IMG/VR virus record: IMGVR_UViG_3300030102_008089
Span: 63,434-127,433 of that record
Origin: a virus
DNA length: 64,000 nucleotides
Strand: one strand, 5' to 3'
In this document: in pieces, positions 1-9,964 of the stretch
Numbering within the stretch: the first letter of the stretch is position 1
Layout: every line of letters begins with the position of its first letter
Notes under the pieces: model-generated
Database searches by the model: none
What the model saw: the letters and a program-made list of their open reading frames with translations, nothing else
Told to the model about the DNA's origin: nothing
Made by a program: the position numbers and the translations under genes

Positions 1-107
1 TTTGACAGTTTTTCCACCCAGTGGGTTAATTTAATGACAGATACTTACAATAAACATGGCTCTTGGGACACTAGAAAAAATCATAACAATTTTAGGGTGG
101 AAGAAGT

Positions 108-1406
108 ATGAGCACTAAACCAAAAATTCTAATAACAGGTCCATTTTTTAATGTTTCTGGCTATAGTAACCACTCTAGGGTTTTGTTAGAGTCTTTTGTT
201 GAGTTGGAAGATAAGTATGATATATACATTGACCCAACTCAATGGGCCGCATCCTCTGTTCGAAATGAGTTTTACCAAAAGTACAAGAGGTTGGTTGATA
301 AAAAGAATAATCTCTTAAGCACAAGAGCCCAGCCAGATGGGCAAGTCAACATTGCTGGACTTTTCAAAGCAACCTTTCAAGTTTGTCCTCCAAATGAGTT
401 TAGGCAATTATCTGAATTTGATGTAGGTGTTACAGCGGGACTTGAAACAGATAGCGCTCCTTCTGAATGGGTTTCAAAATGTAACCAAATGAAAGAAATA
501 TTTATTATTTCTAACCATTCGAAAAAAAGCCTTTTGAAAGCCGTTGGTCCGAATGGAGAGAAAATATCAACTAAGATCTCAGTGTTACCACCAGCATACA
601 TTAAGCAGATGCCCGATTGTCTTGAATCTAAGTTTTATGACAAAGATAATATCAAGACAAATTTTAATTTTTTATGTGTAGCTCAATTTGCTCCGAGAAA
701 AAATTTAGAAAATATGCTAGCTTGGTTTGTAGAAGAATTTCACGATGAATCTGATGTGGGATTATTTTTTAAGACACATTATCATAACAGTAGCGTAATG
801 GATTTTTATGCTTGTAAAAGAATGTGTCAAAAGATTTTAGCTCGATGGAAAGATAGAAAATGTAAAATTCATATTATTCATGGAAACCTAAATGATGAAG
901 AAATGTCCTGCTTGTATGATAAAGAAAATATAGATTGTTATGTAACAGCGGCACACGGAGAAGGTTTTGGTATACCTCTTTTAAGTGCAGCTAGTAATGG
1001 GATACCAATAGTAGCAACAAACTGGTCAGGGTATTTAGATTTTTTGAGAGCGCCCCATAAAAAGAAAACAAATAAGATTGAGTTAAAGAGCCATTTTATT
1101 AAGGTAAACTATGACATTAAAAAAGTAGAACAAAGACACTTGATGCCAGGATTAATTACACCTGACTGCGAGTGGGCATACCCTCAAGAAAAATCATTTA
1201 AAAAAGCCATTAGAAGTATAAGGAATAACAAAGATTTATTTTTAAAAGATTCGCAAGCTTTAAAAGAGTTTGTGAATGATAAATATAGCAAATCATCAGT
1301 TATCAAAAACTACAAAGATAATATACTGCGGTGCTTGTCAAATATTGTAGATGAGGAAGATGAGATCCAGAAAATGTTTGCTTCTATGATGGAAGACAAA
1401 AAATGA
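108..1406 (+). CDS. GT-B glycosyltransferase (GT4 / Glycos_transf_1-like)
   Basis: Contains NFLCVAQFAPRKNL, AHGEGFGIPLLSAASNGIPIVATNWSG (E-x7 donor-binding segment, second E replaced by S) and N-terminal SGYSNHSR. Confidence 0.85.
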   Translation: MSTKPKILITGPFFNVSGYSNHSRVLLESFVELEDKYDIYIDPTQWAASSVRNEFYQKYKRLVDKKNNLLSTRAQPDGQVNIAGLFKATFQVCPPNEFRQLSEFDVGVTAGLETDSAPSEWVSKCNQMKEIFIISNHSKKSLLKAVGPNGEKISTKISVLPPAYIKQMPDCLESKFYDKDNIKTNFNFLCVAQFAPRKNLENMLAWFVEEFHDESDVGLFFKTHYHNSSVMDFYACKRMCQKILARWKDRKCKIHIIHGNLNDEEMSCLYDKENIDCYVTAAHGEGFGIPLLSAASNGIPIVATNWSGYLDFLRAPHKKKTNKIELKSHFIKVNYDIKKVEQRHLMPGLITPDCEWAYPQEKSFKKAIRSIRNNKDLFLKDSQALKEFVNDKYSKSSVIKNYKDNILRCLSNIVDEEDEIQKMFASMMEDKK

Positions 1407-3043
1407 TTATTTTTGTGTCCGATCTTTTTGTAAGCGACTATGTTGGCGGCGGCGAGCTTACAACAGAGGCAATAATTGAAGGCACAAATATTCCTGTAAT
1501 CAAGGCCCATTCTGCATCTTTGACCAAAGAGGTTATAGATAATTTTTCCGATAGGTATTGGATTTTTGGAAACTGTGCTAATATTTCAACAGAGTTACTG
1601 TTACACATAACAAAGACTCTAAATTATTCTGTAATCGAATATGATTACAAATTCTGTTCTTACCGATTGAGAGAAAAGCATATTGCAGCCGAAGGGTCTT
1701 GCGAATGTCACACCACTTCAAGATCGAAGATGTTTTCAATATTTTTCTCCCATGCTAAATCTCTTTGGTTTATGTCTGCAAAACAAAGGGACATATACTA
1801 TGAAATGTTTCCGTTCTTGAAAAAACCAACAACCAAAGTGTTGAGTTCGGTGTTCAACAAAGAAACCCTATCTATCTTGAGAAATCTCAGCAAAAACAAA
1901 AAAGATGACAAGTGGCTCATTCAAAGATCGCCTTCTTGGGTAAAGGGTTCGGATGATGCAGTAAAATACGCTAAGGAAAATGGTCTTAAATATGAGGAAT
2001 TTTCTAATGTTTCGTATAAAGAAATGTTGAAAAAGTTTTCAATGTCAAAAGGGTTTTTGTTTTTGCCTCAAGGATCAGATACTTGCCCACGCACTGTAAT
2101 AGAAGCAAAACTTCTTGGCTGTGAATTAATCCTAAATGACAATGTGCAACACAAGGACGAAGAATGGTTTTCTGGATCTGTTGAGAAAACGTTTAATTAC
2201 CTAGAGGACAGAACAAAAATATTTTGGGAATCGATTATGTCAGATATGGGGGATCGGGTGCCCTTAAAGACTGATTCAAAAGAGAGTATACATTTCAAGG
2301 TTATCATTCCTGTTTATAATAGTGAGGAGTGGCTTATCAAGTGCGTTGAAAGTGTAAAAAACCAAACACACAATAATTTTCAATGCTTAGTAGGTGACGA
2401 TATCTCCACAGACAAAACATTTGAAGTCTGTTCAGAATATATTGATTCTATTAAGGACGATAGATTTACAATAATTCAAAATTCAGAGAAAAAATATGCT
2501 TTACAAAACATCTATGATTTAATTGAATCCTCTAAACCATCAGCCGAGGATGTTATTGTTGTTTTGGACGGTGATGATTGGTTTACCAATAATCATGTCT
2601 TAGATAAGCTTAATGAAATTTATCAAGAGGAAAACTGCTGGCTAACATATGGGAGTTTTGTAAATTACCCCCAAGGCTTCATAGGGACAGAAGCATCAGA
2701 ATATCCTGCAAGCACGATATCTTCTAATGAGTTTAGGACTGATAATTGGAGAGCATCTCACTTAAAAACCTTTCAATATTTTCTATGGAATAAGATTGAT
2801 ACAGACGATTTAAAAGATGAATCTGGAAAATTTTATGAGGTATCATATGATCAAGCTATGATGTTGCCAATGATGGAGATGAGTGGGAATAGAATAAAAT
2901 ATGTTCCTCAAGTGTTATATGTTTACAATACTTCGAACCCTAATGCTGTAAATAAGACAAGACAACAAAAACAATATAACACAATGCTTGAAATAAGAAA
3001 ACAAAAAAAGTATGAGAAAATAGATAATGAATATTCTATTTGA
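1403..3043 (+). CDS. Fused glycosyltransferase: N-terminal GT-B-like domain plus C-terminal GT2 domain
   Basis: N half has VGGGELT and DTCPRTVIEAKLLGC; C half has VIIPVYNSE, VGDDIS and VVLDGDDW (GT2 DxD). Confidence 0.8.
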   Translation: MIIFVSDLFVSDYVGGGELTTEAIIEGTNIPVIKAHSASLTKEVIDNFSDRYWIFGNCANISTELLLHITKTLNYSVIEYDYKFCSYRLREKHIAAEGSCECHTTSRSKMFSIFFSHAKSLWFMSAKQRDIYYEMFPFLKKPTTKVLSSVFNKETLSILRNLSKNKKDDKWLIQRSPSWVKGSDDAVKYAKENGLKYEEFSNVSYKEMLKKFSMSKGFLFLPQGSDTCPRTVIEAKLLGCELILNDNVQHKDEEWFSGSVEKTFNYLEDRTKIFWESIMSDMGDRVPLKTDSKESIHFKVIIPVYNSEEWLIKCVESVKNQTHNNFQCLVGDDISTDKTFEVCSEYIDSIKDDRFTIIQNSEKKYALQNIYDLIESSKPSAEDVIVVLDGDDWFTNNHVLDKLNEIYQEENCWLTYGSFVNYPQGFIGTEASEYPASTISSNEFRTDNWRASHLKTFQYFLWNKIDTDDLKDESGKFYEVSYDQAMMLPMMEMSGNRIKYVPQVLYVYNTSNPNAVNKTRQQKQYNTMLEIRKQKKYEKIDNEYSI

Positions 3044-3926
3044 CAATGTAAATTTTAACTCTAACTCTGGTCCAAATTCTTTTGGTAAAAGACTGGCAAA
3101 TGAGTTAGTAACTACAGGACACCAGATAAACGGACAAAACCCTGATATACAGCTATCTTTTATTCAAGCAACACATAAAAGTTTTCCGCTAGTTTTAAGA
3201 TTAGATGGCATTTATTTTAACTCCAAGCAAAACTGGGAACAATTAAACCTACCAATTAAGCAAACATTTCAGATAGCTGATGGTGTTATATATCAATCAA
3301 AATTTAATCAAGTGTTGACAGAAAAATATTTTGGTGGCAAAGAAAAATCTTCTGTCATAAATAACGGCACCAACCTAAACTTAATAAATAGTATAGAACC
3401 ATTAGAGCATAAATTTTTTGAAAGTTTTGATAAAATTTGGTGTTGTGCTTCAAACTGGCGTCCCCACAAAAGACTAAAAGAAAATGTAAGATATTTTCTA
3501 GAACATAGTTCAGAGAAAGATTGTTTAATTGTTGCGGGAGATAATCCTGATTACAATATTAAGCACGAACGCATTTTCTACGCTGGTAATTTGCCGTGGG
3601 AGGGCTTAATAGCACTCTATAAGAGATCTGAGTATTTTTTACATCTTGCTCTTCTAGATCATTGTCCAAATGTCGTGGTGGATGCTCGTGCGAGCGGCTG
3701 CAAGATTGTGTGTGCATCCAGCGGAGGAACAAAAGAAGTAATATCAAAGGGAGATATTATTATAGAAGACAAGGAATGGGATTATGAACCGTTTGAACTA
3801 TATAAGCCACCTAGTTTAGATTTTTCTAACTATACTTTATCAGAAAATCAAATTAGCATAGACATCAAAGATGTGGCTACGAAGTATTTAGATTTTTTTA
3901 ACAATGTTTTGGCAGGATTAAAGTGA
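3027..3926 (+). CDS. GT4-family glycosyltransferase
   Basis: Contains CCASNWRPHKRL and LDHCPNVVVDARASGCKIVCASSGGTKE (GT-B C-terminal motif). Confidence 0.8.
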   Translation: MNILFDNVNFNSNSGPNSFGKRLANELVTTGHQINGQNPDIQLSFIQATHKSFPLVLRLDGIYFNSKQNWEQLNLPIKQTFQIADGVIYQSKFNQVLTEKYFGGKEKSSVINNGTNLNLINSIEPLEHKFFESFDKIWCCASNWRPHKRLKENVRYFLEHSSEKDCLIVAGDNPDYNIKHERIFYAGNLPWEGLIALYKRSEYFLHLALLDHCPNVVVDARASGCKIVCASSGGTKEVISKGDIIIEDKEWDYEPFELYKPPSLDFSNYTLSENQISIDIKDVATKYLDFFNNVLAGLK

Positions 3927-4939
3927 ATAAAAGAAAATACAATGTCGGAATAATAGGTTGTGGGAAAATACTTGTTCGTCACGTTGAGGCGATAAATAGT
4001 AATGAAAACTTTACTCTTGTTTCGGTGTGTGATATTGATAAAGAATTACTTAAGATAGAGTCTAGCAAGTTGGGAGTTACTGGGTACGAAGATTATCAGG
4101 AGATGATTCTTAAGGAAAACATAAATTTTGTAATTGTGGCAACTCCAAATTCTCTTCATTTTGCCCAGGCACAATTTTGTTTAGAAAATGGCTGCGACGT
4201 TTTGATAGAAAAACCAGCGTGCCTAAACTATGAACTTATACAAGAAGTAAAAAAAGTTGCAAAAGAAAACAACCAAAAGGCGTATTGTGTTTTACAAGTC
4301 AGACTAAATCCAGTTGTTTCACTCGTTAAAGAAATGCTAGAAAGTAAAGTTTTAGGAGAAGTAAGAGGAATCAGTTTAACTCAAAGGTGGCAGAGACCAA
4401 AAGAATATTTTGATGGATGGCGGGGCATACCTAATGTTGGCGGTGGGACACTTCATGAATGTGGAATTCACTATTTGGATATTTTGTGTTATCTATTTGG
4501 AAAACCTCAAGTTCAGTCATCTTTAATATATAATGCAAAACACAAAGAGTTCCCCGTTGAGGATACCATATATTCGTTAGTCAATTATGGTGATTTTGGC
4601 GGAACCTTAGAAGTTACTATAGCTAGTGAGCCAACTAATATTGAATGCACAATATCAATTCTTACAGAAAATGGCTATATTGAACTCGGTGGTAAAGCAC
4701 TTGATAAAATTGTTAGGGCTGAATTTTTAAATAAAGATTTAGAAAAAGAGTACAAAAAAAGAGTAAAATCTTTAGAAAAACCAAAAGAACAAAATTCTTA
4801 CGGGAACTATACTGGTTCTTGTCCAAACCATCCTGAGTTGTATAAGAAGTTAGAAAAATTTGATATAATAGAATCCGAAAATTGTCTAAGACTTATTTCC
4901 GAGATTTACGATAAATCAGGAGTTAAATACCATGAGTGA
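3923..4939 (+). CDS. Gfo/Idh/MocA oxidoreductase, WlbA/WbpB-like NDP-sugar 3-dehydrogenase
   Basis: GTG start; GIIGCGKI Rossmann motif, VATPNSLH, LIEKP, GGGTLHECGIHYLD. Confidence 0.85.
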   Translation: MNKRKYNVGIIGCGKILVRHVEAINSNENFTLVSVCDIDKELLKIESSKLGVTGYEDYQEMILKENINFVIVATPNSLHFAQAQFCLENGCDVLIEKPACLNYELIQEVKKVAKENNQKAYCVLQVRLNPVVSLVKEMLESKVLGEVRGISLTQRWQRPKEYFDGWRGIPNVGGGTLHECGIHYLDILCYLFGKPQVQSSLIYNAKHKEFPVEDTIYSLVNYGDFGGTLEVTIASEPTNIECTISILTENGYIELGGKALDKIVRAEFLNKDLEKEYKKRVKSLEKPKEQNSYGNYTGSCPNHPELYKKLEKFDIIESENCLRLISEIYDKSGVKYHE

Positions 4940-5834
4940 TAAATTGAATGCTTGCATAACTTACATCTCTTCTAGAAAAGCCTGTATTCCCCAGAGTTTA
5001 AAAGCTCTTTGGGAAAACTATAATCACAAATACAACTACCCAGTTTACGTTTTTTATTTTGATGATATCTATGATTCTGAAGAGTTTAAGCAATCTATAA
5101 AAAACGAAACCCCTCAAAATGTGAATTTTGTTTCGATCCCATATCAAACGCCGTCTCACATTAAAGAAGAAGAACTTTTCTATAATAGAAACGAATTGTG
5201 GTATGTAAGGACCCAGTTTCCTATTGGTAGAAAGGGGTATCTTCATATGTGTCATTTTATGTCAAACTATTATGGATACCCGAACACAGAGTTTGAAAAA
5301 TATGATTATACTATGAGTGTCGATGATGAATCTATGTTTGTTAAAGAGATGCCATACGATCCGTTTGAGGTTATGAGTAATCGCCCTGAACCTATGGGTG
5401 CCTTAAAGGTTTACGATCAAACAAAAAAGGTACCACATCAAGGAAATTTTGATACAAGAGTTAATTTGTGGAATTTTATCAAGGTTTATATCAAACATTA
5501 TAACGTAGAACCAAAATCTCAATTTATAAAAAACTTACTTACTGATCCTGAAGCTGATAAAAATTTTCACTTTTATCCTTGTGCAGATTCATATGTGGTT
5601 AAGATATCAATGTTTGAAACGCCTGAGTGGAAACAGTGGATCGAGGCAGTAAATCAATATGGTGGAATTTATAAATACAGGTGGGGCGACAATGATGTAA
5701 ACAGTTTGTTTTATTTGATTCACCATGGAGACGATATTTATGATTTGAAAACAGTAGATGATGGATATCACAGTCAAGGTGCCCTACGTCATTTGTGCGA
5801 CTACGCACCAGGGGTAAAGGACAATTCTAAATGA
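4932..5834 (+). CDS. GT15 (Kre2/Mnt1-like alpha-1,2-mannosyltransferase family) glycosyltransferase
   Basis: GYLHMCHF, YDYTMSVDDES and GGIYKYRWGDNDV parallel the GT15 motifs YRHMCRF, YxYYWRVEP and GGFFYERWGDAPV. Confidence 0.7.
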   Translation: MSDKLNACITYISSRKACIPQSLKALWENYNHKYNYPVYVFYFDDIYDSEEFKQSIKNETPQNVNFVSIPYQTPSHIKEEELFYNRNELWYVRTQFPIGRKGYLHMCHFMSNYYGYPNTEFEKYDYTMSVDDESMFVKEMPYDPFEVMSNRPEPMGALKVYDQTKKVPHQGNFDTRVNLWNFIKVYIKHYNVEPKSQFIKNLLTDPEADKNFHFYPCADSYVVKISMFETPEWKQWIEAVNQYGGIYKYRWGDNDVNSLFYLIHHGDDIYDLKTVDDGYHSQGALRHLCDYAPGVKDNSK

Positions 5835-6814
5835 ACATAATATATGTTGACGCTGATAATAAAACATCTAGTAATCATATGTATCAATATTATGGCGACC
5901 TTGCGAGGGAGCTTGCAAGAACCGAGACGCTCTTTGTAGTTCAGGGCGTACCTGATCACATAAATGACCTTTTTGCTGCCGTTGGGGATATTTCTGTTGA
6001 TTTGATTATATTTGGACTTGGGTACTTTGCCCTTTCCAACCGAGGGGCATTTCAAAAAATAGAAGGATTAGCGGAGACTGATATTCCTGTATTTTGTTTG
6101 ATTCATAAACCGCAACACTTATTGGAAGAAAAATTAAACTTTTGTAAAATAAACAACGTAGATCTTTTGTTAGAATCACAAGAACACAATTACAAAAAAT
6201 ACGGAGAAATAGCAGGGGTTCCATCTCAAAGGTCTTTCTTTACGGCCACGCCGAATATATACCATCCTCGTGATGTTGAAAAAATATATGACATAGGGTT
6301 TTCAGGAGCACTTCACAGCATTAATGCTGATGGGACTAGGAAAATTGAAGGACCAACATCTAATCTACGTGAGAGGGTTGGCAACCTTATTAACAATAAT
6401 GATAAGTATAAAGTTTTTTGGAACTCTAGCAATTCTTTAGATTATCGAATTACTTCTCTTGAGGAATATGCGACAAAAATTAACGAGTGCAAAATCTGGC
6501 TTTCAACAACGGGACCCTTACTGGATATAGGTCCTAGATATTTTGAAGCAGCCCTTTCGAAAACCTTGATACTTTGCAATAATATGCCAGAACAATATGG
6601 AGATTTTTTTATAGACGGTAAAACTTGTGTTACGTTTGAAAATGATCTTAGTAATTTCGAAGAGAAGTTGGATTTCTATCTTTCTAACGATGATGAAAGA
6701 AATAGAATTATAGATAACGCTTACAATTTAGTTTCTCAAAATTATACTTGGAAACATATGGCTGAGAACATTATTAACAAAGCAAAGGAAATCAAATGTC
6801 TTTCCAATCCATAG
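5831..6814 (+). CDS. CgeB-like glycosyltransferase (Glyco_trans_1_2)
   Basis: Contains YDIGFSG, EYATKINECKIWL, PRYFEAALSKTLIL and FYLSNDDERNRIIDNAYNLV. Confidence 0.8.
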   Translation: MNIIYVDADNKTSSNHMYQYYGDLARELARTETLFVVQGVPDHINDLFAAVGDISVDLIIFGLGYFALSNRGAFQKIEGLAETDIPVFCLIHKPQHLLEEKLNFCKINNVDLLLESQEHNYKKYGEIAGVPSQRSFFTATPNIYHPRDVEKIYDIGFSGALHSINADGTRKIEGPTSNLRERVGNLINNNDKYKVFWNSSNSLDYRITSLEEYATKINECKIWLSTTGPLLDIGPRYFEAALSKTLILCNNMPEQYGDFFIDGKTCVTFENDLSNFEEKLDFYLSNDDERNRIIDNAYNLVSQNYTWKHMAENIINKAKEIKCLSNP

Positions 6815-7389
6815 CAGATTTTGAAAAAGAGGTAGCCCATTTTTTTGGTGCCCCATATGCAGTAGCAGTGGACTGCTGCACTCATGGTCTTGAGCTATGC
6901 TTAAGGATGAAAGGGGCAGAGAAAATTAAAGTACCAAGACACACCTATTTGTCAGTTCCTATGCTAGCAGACAAGTTAAATATAGAGCTTGAGTGGACTG
7001 ACGAAAAATGGGAAGATTATTATTACTTGACTGATGAAATTATTGATGCTGCGGTCCACTGGAAAAAAGACAGCTATATCCCTGGGACCTATATGTGTAT
7101 CAGTTTTCAGTTTCGAAAGCATTTAAGTCTAGGGCGAGGTGGCATTATTTTATTTGATAAAGAAAGTGAATTTGATATCCTAAAAAGGATGTCTTACGAT
7201 GGTAGAAGCCCTGACCTATCTTGGTCTGTCCAGAATATTAAGTCGATTGGTTACCATTATTATATGACACCCGAAACCGCCGAATTAGGGTTGAAAAAGT
7301 TACCCAATGCAATTGCAACTAAACCAAAGCAATGGGTTTATACTGACTGGCCTGACTTATCACAAATGGATGTTTTTAAAGATGGCTGA
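6796..7389 (+). CDS. Short DegT/DnrJ/EryC1/StrS-family PLP sugar aminotransferase
   Basis: AVAVDCCTHGLELCL, IIDAA, SFQFRKHLSLGRGGII (PLP Lys) and GYHYYMT; only 197 aa. Confidence 0.8.
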   Translation: MSFQSIADFEKEVAHFFGAPYAVAVDCCTHGLELCLRMKGAEKIKVPRHTYLSVPMLADKLNIELEWTDEKWEDYYYLTDEIIDAAVHWKKDSYIPGTYMCISFQFRKHLSLGRGGIILFDKESEFDILKRMSYDGRSPDLSWSVQNIKSIGYHYYMTPETAELGLKKLPNAIATKPKQWVYTDWPDLSQMDVFKDG

Positions 7390-8065
7390 TAAAGCTTTAT
7401 TCATAGGCTTTGAAGATTGTCAATATAGCAATAATGCTGTAGATCTTTTGATATCGAAAGGGTTTGATACTACTTTTTGGAAAGCTTCTAAAAAAAGAGG
7501 CAGTAAAATTCCTGAAAATATTCAAGATTGGAACGGCGAATATATATTTCATTTTAAATCTTACTGTATTCTTCCAAAAGATTTTATTGAAAGAGCCAGT
7601 ATCGCAGCAATAAATTTTCACCCATCTCATCCAAGATACCCAGGATCTGGAGGAATTAACTGGGCCCTGTACAACGAAGATGATGAAACTGGTGTAACTG
7701 TTCATTATCTTAATGAAAAAGTTGACAATGGACCTATTATAAATGTCTACAGGGTGACAATAGAAGAGAGTGATGACGTGGCAAGTCTGATTGATAAAGT
7801 ACACAGATGTCAATTTGATTCTTTTGCTAACATAATACACACTATCACAATCCAAGGATCTAGTGAACTATCAAGAATAGCTTCAGAAAACACAAACAAG
7901 TGGGGCAAGAAAACAGGTCGTATAAGAGATATTGACAAGTTAGAAAATATTGATATAAATATCTCTAAGGAAAAACTAGACAAAATTATAAAATCAACTT
8001 ATTATAACGGCTATGGACCAAAGTTAAAAATCCATGGTTATACATTTAGATACTCAGGAGAGTAA
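7382..8065 (+). CDS. Formyltransferase (sugar N-formyltransferase / FMT family)
   Basis: INFHPSHPRYPGSGGINWAL and TGVTVHYLNEKVDNGPII. Start moved from 7307 to ATG 7382, which overlaps the upstream stop. Confidence 0.85.
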   Translation: MADKALFIGFEDCQYSNNAVDLLISKGFDTTFWKASKKRGSKIPENIQDWNGEYIFHFKSYCILPKDFIERASIAAINFHPSHPRYPGSGGINWALYNEDDETGVTVHYLNEKVDNGPIINVYRVTIEESDDVASLIDKVHRCQFDSFANIIHTITIQGSSELSRIASENTNKWGKKTGRIRDIDKLENIDINISKEKLDKIIKSTYYNGYGPKLKIHGYTFRYSGE

Positions 8066-8066
8066 A

Positions 8067-8984
8067 ATGAAAATTTTAGTTTTAGGAGGTACTGGATTTA
8101 TCGGAGGAAAGATTTTCGATCGTCTAGTAGCAGATGGCCACGAAGTGAGTCGAACATCAAGATCACTAGGGACTGATTTGTTGGAATACAAATCTTTTCG
8201 TAGCTTGTTGGAAAAAGAAAATCCTGATCTGATTTATAATCTTGCATCACATGGCGGCAGTATGATGTATGTAAGAAAGTATGCGGCAGATGTTTATGCT
8301 GACAATGTTCAGATGTGTCTTAACGTTTATAGAGCCGTTTTGGACTTTAATCCTAATATAAAAATAATACAACCTTTTTCCAACTGTTCATATCCAGGCG
8401 ACAGTGCCGTGCAAGAAGAAAAAAATTGGCTAAACGGAGGAGTTCATCAGTCTGTGTTTTCTTTTGGAAATTCTAAAAGAGCCATTTATTATCTTTCGCA
8501 ATGTTACTATAATCAGTATGGTGTTAGAACAGTTAATCTACTTCTTCCAAATACATATGGACCAGGTGATTCCCTAGACCCCACCAAAACCCACGCTTTA
8601 AATGGCATGGTTATAAGAATGCTGAAAGCTCAACAGAACAAAGAGGATAATTTTGTTGTGTGGGGCACAGGAAGTCCAGTCAGAGAGTGGGCATATGTGG
8701 ATGACTTTGTAGAGGTTATGGTACGTGCTATGAAGATTGACCATCTAGAATACCCTGTCAATGTCGGACAAGAGAAGGGATATTCAATTAAGGAGTCGGC
8801 ACTACTAATCAAAGAGGCTTGCGGCTTTACTGGCGATCTGGTGTTTGATACAAGCTATCAAGATGGAGACCCAGTTAAAATATTATCAACAGACTTGTTT
8901 AAGCAGAATTTTCCTGACTTTAAATTCTTTGATCACAAAGAAGGTATCAAAAATACTGTCAAATATTACACAGAGAATCTTTAA
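8067..8984 (+). CDS. GDP-L-fucose synthase-like extended SDR
   Basis: GGTGFIG, NTYGPGD, HALNGMVIRM and VWGTGSPVREWAYVDD. Start ATG 8067 follows AGGAG; the catalytic YxxxK is FGNSK. Confidence 0.8.
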   Translation: MKILVLGGTGFIGGKIFDRLVADGHEVSRTSRSLGTDLLEYKSFRSLLEKENPDLIYNLASHGGSMMYVRKYAADVYADNVQMCLNVYRAVLDFNPNIKIIQPFSNCSYPGDSAVQEEKNWLNGGVHQSVFSFGNSKRAIYYLSQCYYNQYGVRTVNLLLPNTYGPGDSLDPTKTHALNGMVIRMLKAQQNKEDNFVVWGTGSPVREWAYVDDFVEVMVRAMKIDHLEYPVNVGQEKGYSIKESALLIKEACGFTGDLVFDTSYQDGDPVKILSTDLFKQNFPDFKFFDHKEGIKNTVKYYTENL

Positions 8985-9028
8985 AAGTTTAAACCATTTA
9001 GTGTATACTAACCTGGGAGGCATTTTAA

Positions 9029-9955
9029 ATGAAAAAAATACTTGTTACTGGCGGCGCAGGGTATGTTGGGACAGCCCTGGTTCCGCTTCTATTAAAGAAC
9101 GGACATCAGGTTACTGTTTATGACAATTTAAGTGCTGATGGTACTGGTCTTATTCATAATTTTGGAAACCCTAATTTTACATTTATAAAAGGTGATATTC
9201 TAGATCTTGAAAATTTAAAAGAAGCGGTGAAGGGAAAAGATGTTATTGTTCATCTTGCTGCTATAGTTGGATATGCTGCTTGTAGAAGGGACGAGGATCT
9301 CGCATATCAAGTAAACCACCAAGGAACAAAAAATATTATATCCTGTTTGGATGGAAAGCAGTTTTTGATTTATGGTTCTACGGGTTCCAATTATGGCGCA
9401 GTGAAAGATGTTTGCACAGAAGAGACTCCACTAAACCCTCTCAGTATTTATGGAACCAGTAAAACTCTTGGAGAACAGGAGGTTTTAAAATATGCACATA
9501 GTACAGCATTTAGGTTTGCTACAGCTTTCGGAGCAAGTCCACGTTTAAGACTTGATCTTTTGGTGAATGACTTGTCTTACCTAGCATCGACTCAAAAATA
9601 TATTGTTATATACGAGTCTCATTTTATGAGAACCTTTATTCACGTTAAGGATATGGCAAGGGTGTTTGATTTTGCTATTAATAATTCTGATCAGATGAGT
9701 GGTGAGGTTTACAATGTAGGCTCTAACTCAATGAATTATTCAAAGAGGGATGTTTGTAACATTATAAAAGAAAAAACAGAATGTTATGTTCATTATGCCG
9801 ATTTTGATGGGGATGTTGATAAGAGGAACTACGTTGTCTCTTATGACAAACTTAATGCTTTAGGGTTTGAGACAACCATAACAGTCGAAGAGGGTATAGA
9901 CGAACTACTACAGGTTTTCCCTCTTGTTAAAATAGATAACAAATATCAAAATTAA
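9029..9955 (+). CDS. NAD-dependent epimerase/dehydratase (extended SDR)
   Basis: VTGGAGYVG, HLAAIVG, YGTSK, FRFATAFGASPRLRLDLLVN; GGGAGG SD upstream. Confidence 0.9.
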   Translation: MKKILVTGGAGYVGTALVPLLLKNGHQVTVYDNLSADGTGLIHNFGNPNFTFIKGDILDLENLKEAVKGKDVIVHLAAIVGYAACRRDEDLAYQVNHQGTKNIISCLDGKQFLIYGSTGSNYGAVKDVCTEETPLNPLSIYGTSKTLGEQEVLKYAHSTAFRFATAFGASPRLRLDLLVNDLSYLASTQKYIVIYESHFMRTFIHVKDMARVFDFAINNSDQMSGEVYNVGSNSMNYSKRDVCNIIKEKTECYVHYADFDGDVDKRNYVVSYDKLNALGFETTITVEEGIDELLQVFPLVKIDNKYQN

Positions 9956-9964
9956 GAAAACAAA

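Noticed and set aside
2-118. TTGACA at 2-7 as a promoter and a 20-aa ORF at 56-118
   Set aside because: The best -10 candidates are weak, upstream context is cut off by the window edge, and the ORF has no RBS or motif.
7307-8066. Upstream-extended starts in the track (7307, and likewise 8034, 18250, 54699, 57961, 58326, 62025)
   Set aside because: Downstream starts fit SD position, stop/start coupling or the conserved leader better.
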